In this document: piece after piece, positions 38,210 to 47,838 of the stretch
Layout of the letters: every line of letters starts with the position of its first letter
How positions within the stretch are numbered: position 1 is the stretch's first letter
Source: Actinomycetes bacterium
GTDB taxonomy: Bacteria > Actinomycetota > Thermoleophilia > BMS3ABIN01
Reading direction: 5' to 3'
NCBI GenBank assembly: GCA_021787475.1
Contig: JAJYLW010000008.1
Span: forward strand, 3,638-67,637
DNA length: 64,000 nt
Program-made: the position numbers and the translations under genes
Notes under the pieces: generated by a model
The model's input: the letters and a program-made list of their open reading frames with translations, nothing else
What the model was told of the DNA's origin: nothing
Databases searched by the model: none

Positions 38210-38285
38210 TGGAGCCCGGTTACGGACTTGAACCGTAGACCCCCTCCTTACCATGGAGGTGCTCTACCAGCTGAGCTAACCGGGC
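38210..38285 (-). tRNA. tRNA-Thr (GGT)
   Basis: Anticodon loop ATGGTAA, TTCAAGT T-loop, CCA end. Confidence 0.97.
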
Positions 38286-38415
38286 ATAAAACAGATGGTG
38301 GATGTTGGATTATTGACGGTGGACAAAAGCGTTAAAACACCAAATAACTGCTCATTCCTCATCATTAACCACGATTTTCATGTCTACCATCTGCCATCCA
38401 CCATCTACTATCTGT

Positions 38416-38500
38416 TGGTGGAGGAGGCTGGATTCGAACCAGCGTAGGCTTCGCCAACGGATTTACAGTCCGCCCCCTTTAACCACTCGGGCACTCCTCC
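38416..38500 (-). tRNA. tRNA-Tyr (GTA)
   Basis: 85 nt with long variable arm, anticodon loop CTGTAAA. Confidence 0.97.
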
Positions 38501-38672
38501 ATTAACTGCTGCCGGATTCTGGATACTTGACGCTGGATAAAACAACGCCAGCAAGCAAAGCCCGACAGGCTGACCGGCTTGGTCTTGAAATACGGGCAAT
38601 TGCCTGAAAGTGCCCGTGGGGAAAAAATTATAACAAAAATGTTGGATTGCGGCGTTCCAATAGGATATATCT

Positions 38673-39644
38673 TTGAAAACGCAACGAATCGGAGGCGATG
38701 TGACTGCGGACCTTGACATCCGTGACTGGCAAGAGCTGCTGGCGGTCGCAGCTGCTGTCGAGCTCGGCATTTTCAAGGAACTGGGCCGGCGGCCTGTCAG
38801 CGCGCCGGAGCTGTCCCAGCGACTGGGATACGACACGCGTGCGACCGGAAACTTGCTGGCAGCGCTGGAAGACCTGGGTCATCTTGAACGCAACGGCGAC
38901 ATTTACAGCGTTTCCGGAAACACGAAAGCCCTTGTTGCCTGTGAAACCAGTAACAATTATGGATCATATCGAATTCTACATCAACGCAACCTTATTGAGC
39001 GTTGGCTGACGATTCCCGAGGTTGTCCGGAGCGGCAAGCAGGTGGCAAGACCATATACGCGCGAGCGGCGCGAGGTCTTTATTCGCTCCCTGGACGAGGT
39101 CGCAAGGGGGTCGGCAAAAAAAATCGCCGACCGGTGCCTCAAGCGTGCCCCAAACGCACAAAATATAATTGACATCGGCGGCGGTCCGGGAACTTACGCA
39201 CGGGAGTTTGCGCGGCACTGCTTAAGGGTCACAATTTTCGACTGCCCCGAAGTCGGCGAGATCATGAGCCCGCAGCTTGACCACATCAAGGAAATTGAAT
39301 TTATCAGCGGCGATTTTACGCGCGGGATCCCGCCTGGCCCTTTTGATCTGGCATTTATGGGAAACATCTTTCATATCTACGGGCCCGAGGAAAACCTGAC
39401 GTTGCTGCGCCGGGTGCGCCGGTCCCTTCGCCCTGGTGGTGTGGCTGCCATCCTTGATATGGTGCGGGGGTTAAGCGCGCGCGCTCCTCTTTTTGCGGTT
39501 ACGATGATGGTGAACACCGATACCGGCGGCACCTGGACTGAATCTGACTACCGGAGTTGGCTGGCCGACGCCGGCTTTGAAAATATCTCGATCGAGAACG
39601 TGCCTGAGCGGGGAAGCCAGCTTATCCTTGCGAACAGAAGCTAA
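38673..39644 (+). CDS. SAM-dependent O-methyltransferase family (dimerisation domain + Methyltransf_2)
   Basis: AAVELGIF N-domain, IDIGGGPG, GDF, GNIFHIY. Confidence 0.9.
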   Translation: MKTQRIGGDVTADLDIRDWQELLAVAAAVELGIFKELGRRPVSAPELSQRLGYDTRATGNLLAALEDLGHLERNGDIYSVSGNTKALVACETSNNYGSYRILHQRNLIERWLTIPEVVRSGKQVARPYTRERREVFIRSLDEVARGSAKKIADRCLKRAPNAQNIIDIGGGPGTYAREFARHCLRVTIFDCPEVGEIMSPQLDHIKEIEFISGDFTRGIPPGPFDLAFMGNIFHIYGPEENLTLLRRVRRSLRPGGVAAILDMVRGLSARAPLFAVTMMVNTDTGGTWTESDYRSWLADAGFENISIENVPERGSQLILANRS

Positions 39645-39726
39645 GCTTTTTCAAAAAGCCGCACTCCTCCCCCTGCATGGGCGCCCCCGCAATGCCTTTT
39701 AAGAAATAGCCCTAACCTAGTACAAT

Positions 39727-39993
39727 TTGTTTATGATAATCATAATCCTTCTATGCTTGGGGGCAGCCGTCATCAATCTGCCGTTTGGGTATTACCGGGG
39801 CGGTGTGCCAAAGTTCTCGGTCAGATGGTTCCTGGCGGTGCACATGCCTGTTCCGCTCATTATCTTGATGCGGATTGGCAGTGGGCAGGGATGGACGCTC
39901 GTGCCGGCCATGTTTGCTTTTGATGTGCTGGGACAACTTATGGGAGGCCGGCTGCGCCCTGTTTTGAGGCTCGAGAATAACCGGAACAAATAA
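39727..39993 (+). CDS. Small hypothetical membrane protein
   Basis: INLPFGYYR...KFSVRWFLAVHMPVP, three hydrophobic segments. Confidence 0.75.
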   Translation: MFMIIIILLCLGAAVINLPFGYYRGGVPKFSVRWFLAVHMPVPLIILMRIGSGQGWTLVPAMFAFDVLGQLMGGRLRPVLRLENNRNK

Positions 39994-40005
39994 AAATCAA
40001 AGAAG

Positions 40006-40158
40006 ATGAACATTAAAATCACAAACAAGCTGCGGCGTCTCTTCGGCGGCAAACCGATTCCGCTTTGTCCTTCATGCATGTACGACTGGCGCTCTGCCTG
40101 CCACAATCTCGACAGGCCCCGCGTCATCGAATGCGAGGAGTACAAAAAACGGTATTAA
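40006..40158 (+). CDS. 50-aa four-cysteine small protein, not in ORF track
   Basis: Manual translation MNIKITNKLRRLFGGKPIPLCPSCMYDWRSACHNLDRPRVIECEEYKKRY; 12 nt after previous stop. Confidence 0.6.
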   Translation: MNIKITNKLRRLFGGKPIPLCPSCMYDWRSACHNLDRPRVIECEEYKKRY

Positions 40159-40370
40159 AATCATCGGGAAAGTCAAAAATTGTCTTTTGCCCAAAATGAT
40201 ACTTTCGCAGATGCAAAATACAACCAAAGTCTGATTTTCAGATTTTTTTCAAGCTGATAATATAAATTTTGGGGGCCCCCGAGGCGCCATATTTGATGTG
40301 CTTTACGATTTATGATAGAACTTAACTGCGCTTATTGCCAATGGCCGCCGCCTACCGGGGTTTCTTAGGA

Positions 40371-41903
40371 TTAAACTGCTCTCTTTGGCCCGTATCCGCC
40401 GCCTCCCGGAGTTTCAATCGTGACGACATCCCCCGCTGAGAGCGTCATGGATGTTTTTGCCGCAACTTCTTCGCCGTTCACGAGGTTTTTCCCGGGGAGT
40501 CCGGAAGCGCCGCCCGCCGCTCCCAACGGCCCGCGGCGGCGGCGATCGCCAAGCAGCGACAGCCGGGCCGGCTTAAGAACCCTTAGCGACCTGATCACGC
40601 CTTCGCCGCCGCGGTGCTTTCCTGCACCGCCGGAGCCGCGGCGAAGTTCATAACGCTCGATCCGGAAAGGAAAAGTCAGCTCCAGCGCCTCAACCGGCGT
40701 ATTGAGCGTATTTGTCATGCCGATATGTATGCCGCTGGCGCCGTCTGCTTCCCGGCATCCACCGGCGCCGCCGCCGATTGTCTCGTAATAGTTAAAGACA
40801 GCCTCTGCTTCCTCGCTGCCAAGGACAACATTGTTCATCGTCCCCTGACCTTGGGCCGGGAGTGGCAGCACCTTTGCGAAAGCCAGCGCAACCGCATCCG
40901 CGATTCGCTGCGACGTTTCAACGTTTCCCGCCGCCACGGCCGCCGGAGGCCGGGCATTTACCAGTGAACCAGCCGGCGCGGTTACGTGAACAGGTTTAAG
41001 CGCACCGGCGTTCGGCGGGATGTCCGGATCAGTGACAGCCCTTAAAACAAAATAACAGGCCGAGCGTGTCACCGCCATCGGGCAGTTGAGGTTTCCTTCT
41101 TCTTGTGGCGAGGTGCCTTTGAAATCGATCAGGATTTCCTCGCCGTTAATAACCAAGGCGACGGAAATTTTCAGATCGGCGCTGTCCCGCTCGAGGAAGT
41201 CCTTGGCCCGGTAAACCCCATCCGGCAGGGCTGCAATCGCCGCCCGCATTCGCCGCTCGGAGTAAGCAGTTGCAGCTGTCATCGCTGCCAGGACCATATC
41301 GACACCCTTCCGGTCGATCAACTCCCGCAGCCTTCGTCCCGCTATCCGGCAGGCTCCCATTTGCGCCATTAGATCACCGCGGCGCTCTTGGGGCCGCCGC
41401 ATGCCGCTCAGCAACGAGCCAAGCAGGTCTTCCCGCAACCGGCCGGCCGCCGCCAGCCGCAAAGGCGGAATTACCACCCCTTCCTCAGAAAGGCGGACCG
41501 AAGCGGCCGGCATGCTGCCTGGCTCAATCCCGCCGACGTCGGCATGGTGAGCGCGGTTGGCAATGTAGGCAATTATTCTTCCGCCGGCCGCGACGGGAGC
41601 CACCATTGTGATATCAGGCAAATGCGTGCCGCCGCGGAAGGGATCATTAAGAATAAAGACATCGCCCGCGGCCGGCTTCTCCGGAAGCACTGCCGCAACC
41701 GCATCCGGCATTGCGCCCAGATGCACAGGAATATGCTCTGCCTGGGCGATCATTTCTCCCTGTGCGTCAAAGAGAGCCGCGGAGCAATCGCGTCTCTCCT
41801 TGATATTGGTTGAATAAGAAGCGCGGATGAGAGCGGCTCCCATCTCCTCGCAGATCGAGCGGAAGGCTGCGCTTACAACCTGCAGTGAGATCTGGTCAAT
41901 CAA
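40371..41903 (-). CDS. Hydantoinase B/oxoprolinase family protein
   Basis: STNIKERRDCS, NDPFRGGTHLPD, RAHHADVGG, GNVETSQR, TPGGGGYG. Confidence 0.95.
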   Translation of the reverse strand: MIDQISLQVVSAAFRSICEEMGAALIRASYSTNIKERRDCSAALFDAQGEMIAQAEHIPVHLGAMPDAVAAVLPEKPAAGDVFILNDPFRGGTHLPDITMVAPVAAGGRIIAYIANRAHHADVGGIEPGSMPAASVRLSEEGVVIPPLRLAAAGRLREDLLGSLLSGMRRPQERRGDLMAQMGACRIAGRRLRELIDRKGVDMVLAAMTAATAYSERRMRAAIAALPDGVYRAKDFLERDSADLKISVALVINGEEILIDFKGTSPQEEGNLNCPMAVTRSACYFVLRAVTDPDIPPNAGALKPVHVTAPAGSLVNARPPAAVAAGNVETSQRIADAVALAFAKVLPLPAQGQGTMNNVVLGSEEAEAVFNYYETIGGGAGGCREADGASGIHIGMTNTLNTPVEALELTFPFRIERYELRRGSGGAGKHRGGEGVIRSLRVLKPARLSLLGDRRRRGPLGAAGGASGLPGKNLVNGEEVAAKTSMTLSAGDVVTIETPGGGGYGPKRAV

Positions 41904-41972
41904 GGCTCAATTCCAGGGCGTAACGCGACTTCGGACCTCGAAAGCCACATCGGGCCAATGGCCGGTTCCATT

Positions 41973-44033
41973 TCAGCAAGCCTCCAGCCACAAATTATAA
42001 GCGTTATCAATAAACGCAGCCCAGCGGGGGGGTACCACCGTAGTTGCCTCATCTTCCTCGATCACCGCCGGGCCGGGGATGCGCCGCTCGCCGATCCTGT
42101 CCCGCCGCCAGACCTGCGCCGTCTGCCAGCTGCCATCAAAAAACGCGAGCCGCTCGCCCGCAGGCACTGATCGCACGTGCGCGGCTGTCTTTTTCCGGCG
42201 TGTCCCGGCCGTATTTCCGCGCAGGCTGTCCATTGCAATGATCGCCGCCAGGCGCACGTTTACAAGCTCCGCCGCCCTCCCCGGGAAACTGAAGCCGTAG
42301 GCATTTTCATGCGCCCGCTCAAACGCAGCGTAAAGGCGGGCGGCGTTGTAAGGCAGATCTACCTTGACCGTCAGCTCGTGTGACTGGCCTTTGTATCTCA
42401 AATCAGCGTGCCTCACAAAATAGGCACCGACCATATAAGCAGCAGCCGCGTCTTCTTCAAGCTTCGCAAATGCTTCCTTCAGCGTCTGCTCACTCCAGCC
42501 TCTGGGGTCAAGGACAGTCAGCACCCAGTTGCGCCGCCGGTCGCCGGCAACCATGCCCAGCGCGGAAAGGACGCCACAGCTTGCGGGCACTAGCACTTTG
42601 CTCATCCCCAACTCCGCAGCCAGACTGGCGCCGTGCATCGGGCCCGCGCCGCCGAAGGCCACGAGGACAAACCGGCGGGGGTCATGGCCCCGCTCGACGC
42701 TGATTACCCTGAGAGCCTTGACCATCTCGGCGTCCGCCACTTTCTTCATCCCCAGAGCGGCTTCTTCCAATCCGGCTCCAATCTCGGATGCGAGCCGTTT
42801 AATAGCGCTTGCCGCCAGGCCACGATCGAGACGGACTCCGCCGCTGCCGCCAAGGGTATCGCCCAGATAGCCAAGGTAAAGATTGGCGTCCGTGGCAGTT
42901 GCGCTGGTGCCGCCGCGGCCATAGCAGGCAGGCCCGGGATGGGCGCCCGCGCTCTCGGGGCCAACCACAAGGGCGCCGCCGGCGTCGACCCGGCCAATCG
43001 AGCCGCCGCCGGCGCCGATCGTGTGGACATCCACCATTGGGAGCGCCACCGGAAAGCCGCCAACCTGGCGTCCGTCAGTCAGGTCTGCCGACCCGTGACG
43101 GATGAGCGTCACATCCGTGCTGGTGCCTCCCATATCAAAAGCAATCACATTGTCAACAGAGCTCTTGGCGGCGGCAAAAACCGCTCCCACCACCCCTGCC
43201 GCCGGCCCCGAGAGCAAAAGCGGGGCGGCGCTGCCGGAGGCCTCACGGAGAGGAAGCACGCCGCCGCTCGACTGCATGATGGCCGGCTCAGGCAGGCCGG
43301 CCTTTTTGCTTCGCCGGGCCAGCTTCTTCAGATAGCGGCCAACCACCGGCGTTAAATACGCGTCCACCGCGGTCGTGCTGAACCGCTCGTATTCCCGGAA
43401 CTTGGGCAGAATCCGGCTGGAAAGGGAGACATGCGCCCCGGGCAACTCCCGCCTGAGCAGACTGCCCAAGGCCTGCTCATGGGACGGATCCAGAAAGGAG
43501 AAAAGCAGGCAGACAGCAACGGCCTCGGGCTTAAGTTTTTTAAGCTCGGCTGCCACCTGCTCCATTTCCTGCCGCGAGAGCGGCATTTCAACGCCATCCG
43601 GCCCCACCCGCTCGTCGACTGTCAATCGCATCTCTCTGTCTACAAGCGGCGGCGGCCGCCGGGGGCAGAGGTCATACAGGCGGGGGCGGTTCTGGCGGCC
43701 GATCTCGAGAATGTCGCGAAAACCGGCTGTGGCTACCGCTGCCGTGCGCGCTCCTCTACGCTCAAGCAGGGCATTGGTGGCAATGGTCATGCCGTGCGCA
43801 AACCAGTCAACTTTGCCCGCAGCGGCGCCGGCCTGCTCAAGCACCAAACGGGTGGCGGCAATCACGCCTTCCGACTGATCCGCGGTGGTTGGAAGCTTGG
43901 CGCGAAAAATCCGGCCGCCGGTCAGCAGGACCGCGTCAGTGAAGGTGCCGCCAACATCAACGCCAAGCAGGACCGCAGCGGCGGATTTCGCATGCGACTT
44001 TTCATTCCGGCATTTCCCATTGCCCCACCCCAA
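41973..44033 (-). CDS. Hydantoinase A/oxoprolinase family protein
   Basis: GVDVGGTFTD, TNALLER, SGPAAG, DMGGTSTD, GAGGGS; exact start uncertain. Confidence 0.95.
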   Translation of the reverse strand: MGWGNGKCRNEKSHAKSAAAVLLGVDVGGTFTDAVLLTGGRIFRAKLPTTADQSEGVIAATRLVLEQAGAAAGKVDWFAHGMTIATNALLERRGARTAAVATAGFRDILEIGRQNRPRLYDLCPRRPPPLVDREMRLTVDERVGPDGVEMPLSRQEMEQVAAELKKLKPEAVAVCLLFSFLDPSHEQALGSLLRRELPGAHVSLSSRILPKFREYERFSTTAVDAYLTPVVGRYLKKLARRSKKAGLPEPAIMQSSGGVLPLREASGSAAPLLLSGPAAGVVGAVFAAAKSSVDNVIAFDMGGTSTDVTLIRHGSADLTDGRQVGGFPVALPMVDVHTIGAGGGSIGRVDAGGALVVGPESAGAHPGPACYGRGGTSATATDANLYLGYLGDTLGGSGGVRLDRGLAASAIKRLASEIGAGLEEAALGMKKVADAEMVKALRVISVERGHDPRRFVLVAFGGAGPMHGASLAAELGMSKVLVPASCGVLSALGMVAGDRRRNWVLTVLDPRGWSEQTLKEAFAKLEEDAAAAYMVGAYFVRHADLRYKGQSHELTVKVDLPYNAARLYAAFERAHENAYGFSFPGRAAELVNVRLAAIIAMDSLRGNTAGTRRKKTAAHVRSVPAGERLAFFDGSWQTAQVWRRDRIGERRIPGPAVIEEDEATTVVPPRWAAFIDNAYNLWLEAC

Positions 44034-44034
44034 G

Positions 44035-45492
44035 TTACCTGTTCCTGATGTACGCGAGGAAATTAAGCGATTCCCACAGGATCATCCATACTAGCATCAG
44101 CTCCGAAAAGAACTGCGCCCGCTCGCGCCTGAGCAGCCTGTCGATGCCAAACATCAACAGGAACGCGCCCGCCGGCAGCAATGGATAAAGGTAACGGCCG
44201 GGGACGCCACCAATACCGGAGCCGAAAGGCATCAGCAGAATGGCCGCCACTCCCACGACGAATGCGACCAGCACGAACATGACACGGATCTGCACATCCT
44301 TGACCTGGCCGTGGCGGCCCTGGGTGAGGTAAAAGAGCAGGCCCGCCACCGCCACTACCATGCCCGGCAGGACCGCAATCCAGGCATTGGTCCAGAAAGC
44401 AAACGGAAAGATGGGCTCCCCGAACCAGTAAGTTGGCAGGAGTTCATTAAGACGCAGGGTTTGGAGGGAGACAAGCGGCGAGGCAAAAAAAGCCGACATG
44501 AGCGGCCGGGCGGCGCTGGCTCCGGTGGCGTCTCCATAAAGGGCGATGTTGCGCAGCGTCCACGGAGCCAGCATAACCGCCACGGGAGCAAGGAGGACAG
44601 CGCCGTGAAGCAGCGCCCGCTTTAACGGCTCGCGCCGGTAAATAACAAGCAAAGCCAGGGCAGCCAATGCCACTGGCAGTAAAAACAGCGACGTCAGCTT
44701 GGCCAACAGAGCGGCGCCGATGACGGCGCCGGCGAGGGCGCTCCGCTTCCAGGAAAGGCCCCTGCCCACCATCCTTAAAAGCAGCAGCAGCGCCGCCGCT
44801 CCCAGGGGGACAGCCAGGGCGTCATTGCTGATCTGCGACATGTTCAAGGCGTAGCCTTGCGTCAGCAGCATGACCACCGGGGCGCCCAGCATCACCAGGC
44901 GGCTGTCGGGAAACGCTTCGCGGGCGGTCAGATAAGTGAGGGGAAGCATCGTCGAAGCCATCAGCGCCGCCAGCAGCCGCAGGCCGTAAAGCTTAATGAA
45001 TGGATCGGAAGGCAGCGCCGCGTAAACGGGCGCGTTGACTACATAGTATAATGGTGGTTGCATGGCTTCATAATTGAAATGCCATAGATTTCGCTGCACC
45101 CATTTGTCCTGATTCCTGCTGTCGAGCCCGGCGGGAACCGTCGACCACCGGGATGGATCAAGCTCTGCTGGTGTTGACATAGTTCCCGCCGGAGTCCAGC
45201 CCCACTGGTTGGCCTGGACAGACATCCAGACCACTGTCGGCGAGATGAAGCTCTTGCCCTCAACCGGCAGCGATCCCTTCTCGGCCAGTGCCTGGACAAA
45301 ATCAAAATGCTGCGCCTCGTCGACACGGCTCCAGACTGGCTGGATCAGCGCAAACGCGGCAGTCTCGGCCAGAAGCGCCAGCCACAGCGCCATTACGGCA
45401 AGGCGGGTGCTTCTGCGCCGCCGGGAAACCGGGTCGGGTTTTGAAGCCGCGCGGGCTTCAGTTGCGACTTCTGCCAGGCTGGCGTTGCTCAT
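44035..45492 (-). CDS. GT-C fold membrane glycosyltransferase (PMT/ArnT/DUF2142-like)
   Basis: DEAQH after TM1, QPPLYY, ISND, GRYLYP, many TM segments; ATG 45492 overlaps upstream stop (ATGA). Confidence 0.85.
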   Translation of the reverse strand: MSNASLAEVATEARAASKPDPVSRRRRSTRLAVMALWLALLAETAAFALIQPVWSRVDEAQHFDFVQALAEKGSLPVEGKSFISPTVVWMSVQANQWGWTPAGTMSTPAELDPSRWSTVPAGLDSRNQDKWVQRNLWHFNYEAMQPPLYYVVNAPVYAALPSDPFIKLYGLRLLAALMASTMLPLTYLTAREAFPDSRLVMLGAPVVMLLTQGYALNMSQISNDALAVPLGAAALLLLLRMVGRGLSWKRSALAGAVIGAALLAKLTSLFLLPVALAALALLVIYRREPLKRALLHGAVLLAPVAVMLAPWTLRNIALYGDATGASAARPLMSAFFASPLVSLQTLRLNELLPTYWFGEPIFPFAFWTNAWIAVLPGMVVAVAGLLFYLTQGRHGQVKDVQIRVMFVLVAFVVGVAAILLMPFGSGIGGVPGRYLYPLLPAGAFLLMFGIDRLLRRERAQFFSELMLVWMILWESLNFLAYIRNR

Positions 45493-46595
45493 GCTATCCA
45501 CCTGCCGGCGGCAAACGCGGCGGTGGAGACCGCCAGCAGTATGAGCAGACAGGCTGAGATTGCCCAATAAACCGGTTTGTGCCTGGAGATGATCGCCAGA
45601 ACAATAAAAACCGGGAAGACCACCAGCATGTACCGGCTCATGGATTTCATCGTTCCTCCCGCCAACGGAAAAAGCAGACTCACAAGCGTGTAAAGAGTAT
45701 ATGAAAACGGCAGTTTCTTGAAACCGAGGAGGATGGATACGGCCATCAGCAGGGTGGCGGCCGCGTCCCAGATCACCCAAAGCTCGCCCTGGCCGAACAG
45801 GTAGTGAAAGTCCTGCCCAAAGCTATGCCAGATTGGCGTAATAACGTGCCCCCATCCGCTCGCCTGGGTTTCGGCAAACGCAAACGGCTGGCCGAAGCCG
45901 GTGTACAGGTAAGCCGAATAAACAGCGGCGCCGGCCGGCACCAGCGCAAGCCAAAGCAGCGCCGGCCGCAGGCTCCTTCGGGGTGAGAAATTTCGCTGCG
46001 ACAGAAACTCAAAGGCAAGCGGCACCAGCAGCAAGAGCCCGGAGATCCGCGTTAGCGAGGCCAGCAGCCCCCACGCGCCGGCTGCCGCCCATCGCCCCCT
46101 GCGGCCATAGTAAAAACAGGCGACGCTGGTCAGGAGAAATAGCGATTCCGTAAAAATAGCATTAAAGAAGAAGGAGGTGGGAAAGATGGCGAGCAGCCAG
46201 ATTGTCCGCCTGGCGATGGATTCATTAAAGTCGGAACGGACAAGGCGGTAAAGAAATAAAAAACCGCTGACGAGGCAGAACAGTGAAACCAGCATGCCCG
46301 CCAGCAGGTAGTTGCCTGTCAGAATCCAGCCAAGGACATGCATCAGCCAGGGATAAAGAGGAAAGAAAGCCACGTTGGACTGCTGACCGGCCACCCACCC
46401 ATAGCCGTGCTGAGCGATGGACATGTACCAGTTGGCGTCCCAGTGATACCAGGCTGACAGAAACCAGGGAACCGTCGAGGACAAGGGCACAGACATGCCC
46501 TCGTGAATCTGAGGGAAAAAGAAATAGCCAACAGCCGCAAAACTGACAATCAACGCCCGGCTGAGGGTTAAGGACCGCGCCACGGAGCGAAGCAT
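45489..46595 (-). CDS. GT-C mannosyltransferase family (PIG-V-like)
   Basis: WDANWYMSIAQHGY, AFFPLYP, FTESLFL, SMSRY. Confidence 0.9.
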   Translation of the reverse strand: MLRSVARSLTLSRALIVSFAAVGYFFFPQIHEGMSVPLSSTVPWFLSAWYHWDANWYMSIAQHGYGWVAGQQSNVAFFPLYPWLMHVLGWILTGNYLLAGMLVSLFCLVSGFLFLYRLVRSDFNESIARRTIWLLAIFPTSFFFNAIFTESLFLLTSVACFYYGRRGRWAAAGAWGLLASLTRISGLLLLVPLAFEFLSQRNFSPRRSLRPALLWLALVPAGAAVYSAYLYTGFGQPFAFAETQASGWGHVITPIWHSFGQDFHYLFGQGELWVIWDAAATLLMAVSILLGFKKLPFSYTLYTLVSLLFPLAGGTMKSMSRYMLVVFPVFIVLAIISRHKPVYWAISACLLILLAVSTAAFAAGRWIA

Positions 46596-46685
46596 AAATT
46601 ACCTCTGGGACAAACCCGGGATAAGCCAAACAAACGGCTCAAGAAAAAAATACTAGAAGCAGGCGGAAGCTTTGTCAATCAGCCC

Positions 46686-46811
46686 AGAGCCTGTCCCGGC
46701 AGGTAATTCGCGGCGAGGCCGAGCGAAAAGGCCATCGCGGACAAGATCCAGCATCTGCGTTTATGGCTTTTCAGCCGGCCGCAGCGCGATACACCTGCCG
46801 GGATAGGCTCT
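46686..46811. repeat. MITE/REP-like element copy 1 (long form)
   Basis: Terminal inverted repeats AGAGCCTGTCCCGGCAGGT / ACCTGCCGGGATAGGCTCT. Confidence 0.8.
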
Positions 46812-46926
46812 AAACCGGCGCCGGGCCGCTCGGGATGGCGGCGCTGCTATAATTTAATTTCCGTTTATTGGCGAGCGGCGACTTGTCAGGAACCCGGCCG
46901 GTCCTGGCCCGCCGGCCTGAACACAA

Positions 46927-46990
46927 AGAGCCTGTCTCAGAAGGTGATTCGCGGCGAGGCCGCAGCAGGATGCACTGCCGGGATAGGCTC
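46927..46990. repeat. MITE/REP-like element copy 2
   Basis: AGAGCCTGTC...TTCGCGGCGAGGCCGCAGCAGGATGCAC...GGGATAGGCTC. Confidence 0.8.
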
Positions 46991-47001
46991 AAAGCAGATA
47001 A

Positions 47002-47763
47002 ATGCTGCCGCGGGAATACGACATCCTCTATAGACTCGAGAATTCATACTGGTGGTTCACCGGCATGAAATTGATCATGGAGAAGGTCCTTGGCGCAACC
47101 ATCGCACCTTCCTCAAGGCTGCTTGACGTCGGCTGCGGCACCGGCGGCCGCCTCCTGTTGCTGAGCCGGAGCTGCCAGACATGGGGCGTTGACTTGAGTC
47201 CGAGCGCAGTCGCTTACTGCCGCCAGCGGGGCCTGAAAAATATAATCCAGGCAGACGCTGCCAGCCTTCCTTACCCGGATCAGATGTTTACACACGCGAC
47301 CTGTTGCGATGTCCTGCAAAACCTGGAGGATGACACCGCCGCCATCGAAGAAGCCTTCCGCGTGCTCAAACCGGGCGGGCTCTATTACATTTCCGAACAG
47401 GCTTACCCTCTGCTGCGCAGCCAGCACGACATCTCCCAGGAAGCTGTCCGCCGCTACCAGCGGCGGCGCCTGCGAAAGTTGTTGACAAACTCTGGATTTG
47501 AGGTACAAAGAATGACCGGTGCCAACAGCATTCTTTTCCCGGCGCTGGCGGCCTACCGGCTGGCAAGCAGAACGACGCACCCGATTGCGTCAGTCAAGCG
47601 TGAGCAGGCCCGCTCACATATATTTGCGCTTCCGCGGGCTCTTAACTCGGCGCTGCTGCAAGTGCTTAAGCTGGAGGGAGCGTGGATAGGCTCGGGCAGA
47701 AACATGCCCTGGGGCTTAAGCATCATCACGCTGGCAAAAAAGCCGGGACGGGACCATATTTAA
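47002..47763 (+). CDS. Class I SAM-dependent methyltransferase
   Basis: ENSYWWF, LLDVGCGTG, RVLKPGG, SQHD...RRY. Confidence 0.9.
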   Translation: MLPREYDILYRLENSYWWFTGMKLIMEKVLGATIAPSSRLLDVGCGTGGRLLLLSRSCQTWGVDLSPSAVAYCRQRGLKNIIQADAASLPYPDQMFTHATCCDVLQNLEDDTAAIEEAFRVLKPGGLYYISEQAYPLLRSQHDISQEAVRRYQRRRLRKLLTNSGFEVQRMTGANSILFPALAAYRLASRTTHPIASVKREQARSHIFALPRALNSALLQVLKLEGAWIGSGRNMPWGLSIITLAKKPGRDHI

Positions 47764-47799
47764 ACCCCGGAACCGCAAGGGGGCAGCCATGGCCTGCGC

Positions 47800-47838
47800 A
47801 GCCGACAGCAGCAGGATGCACCTAATGGGATAGGCTCT
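47800..47838. repeat. MITE/REP-like element partial copy 3
   Basis: CAGCAGGATGCACCT...GGGATAGGCTCT right half only. Confidence 0.65.
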
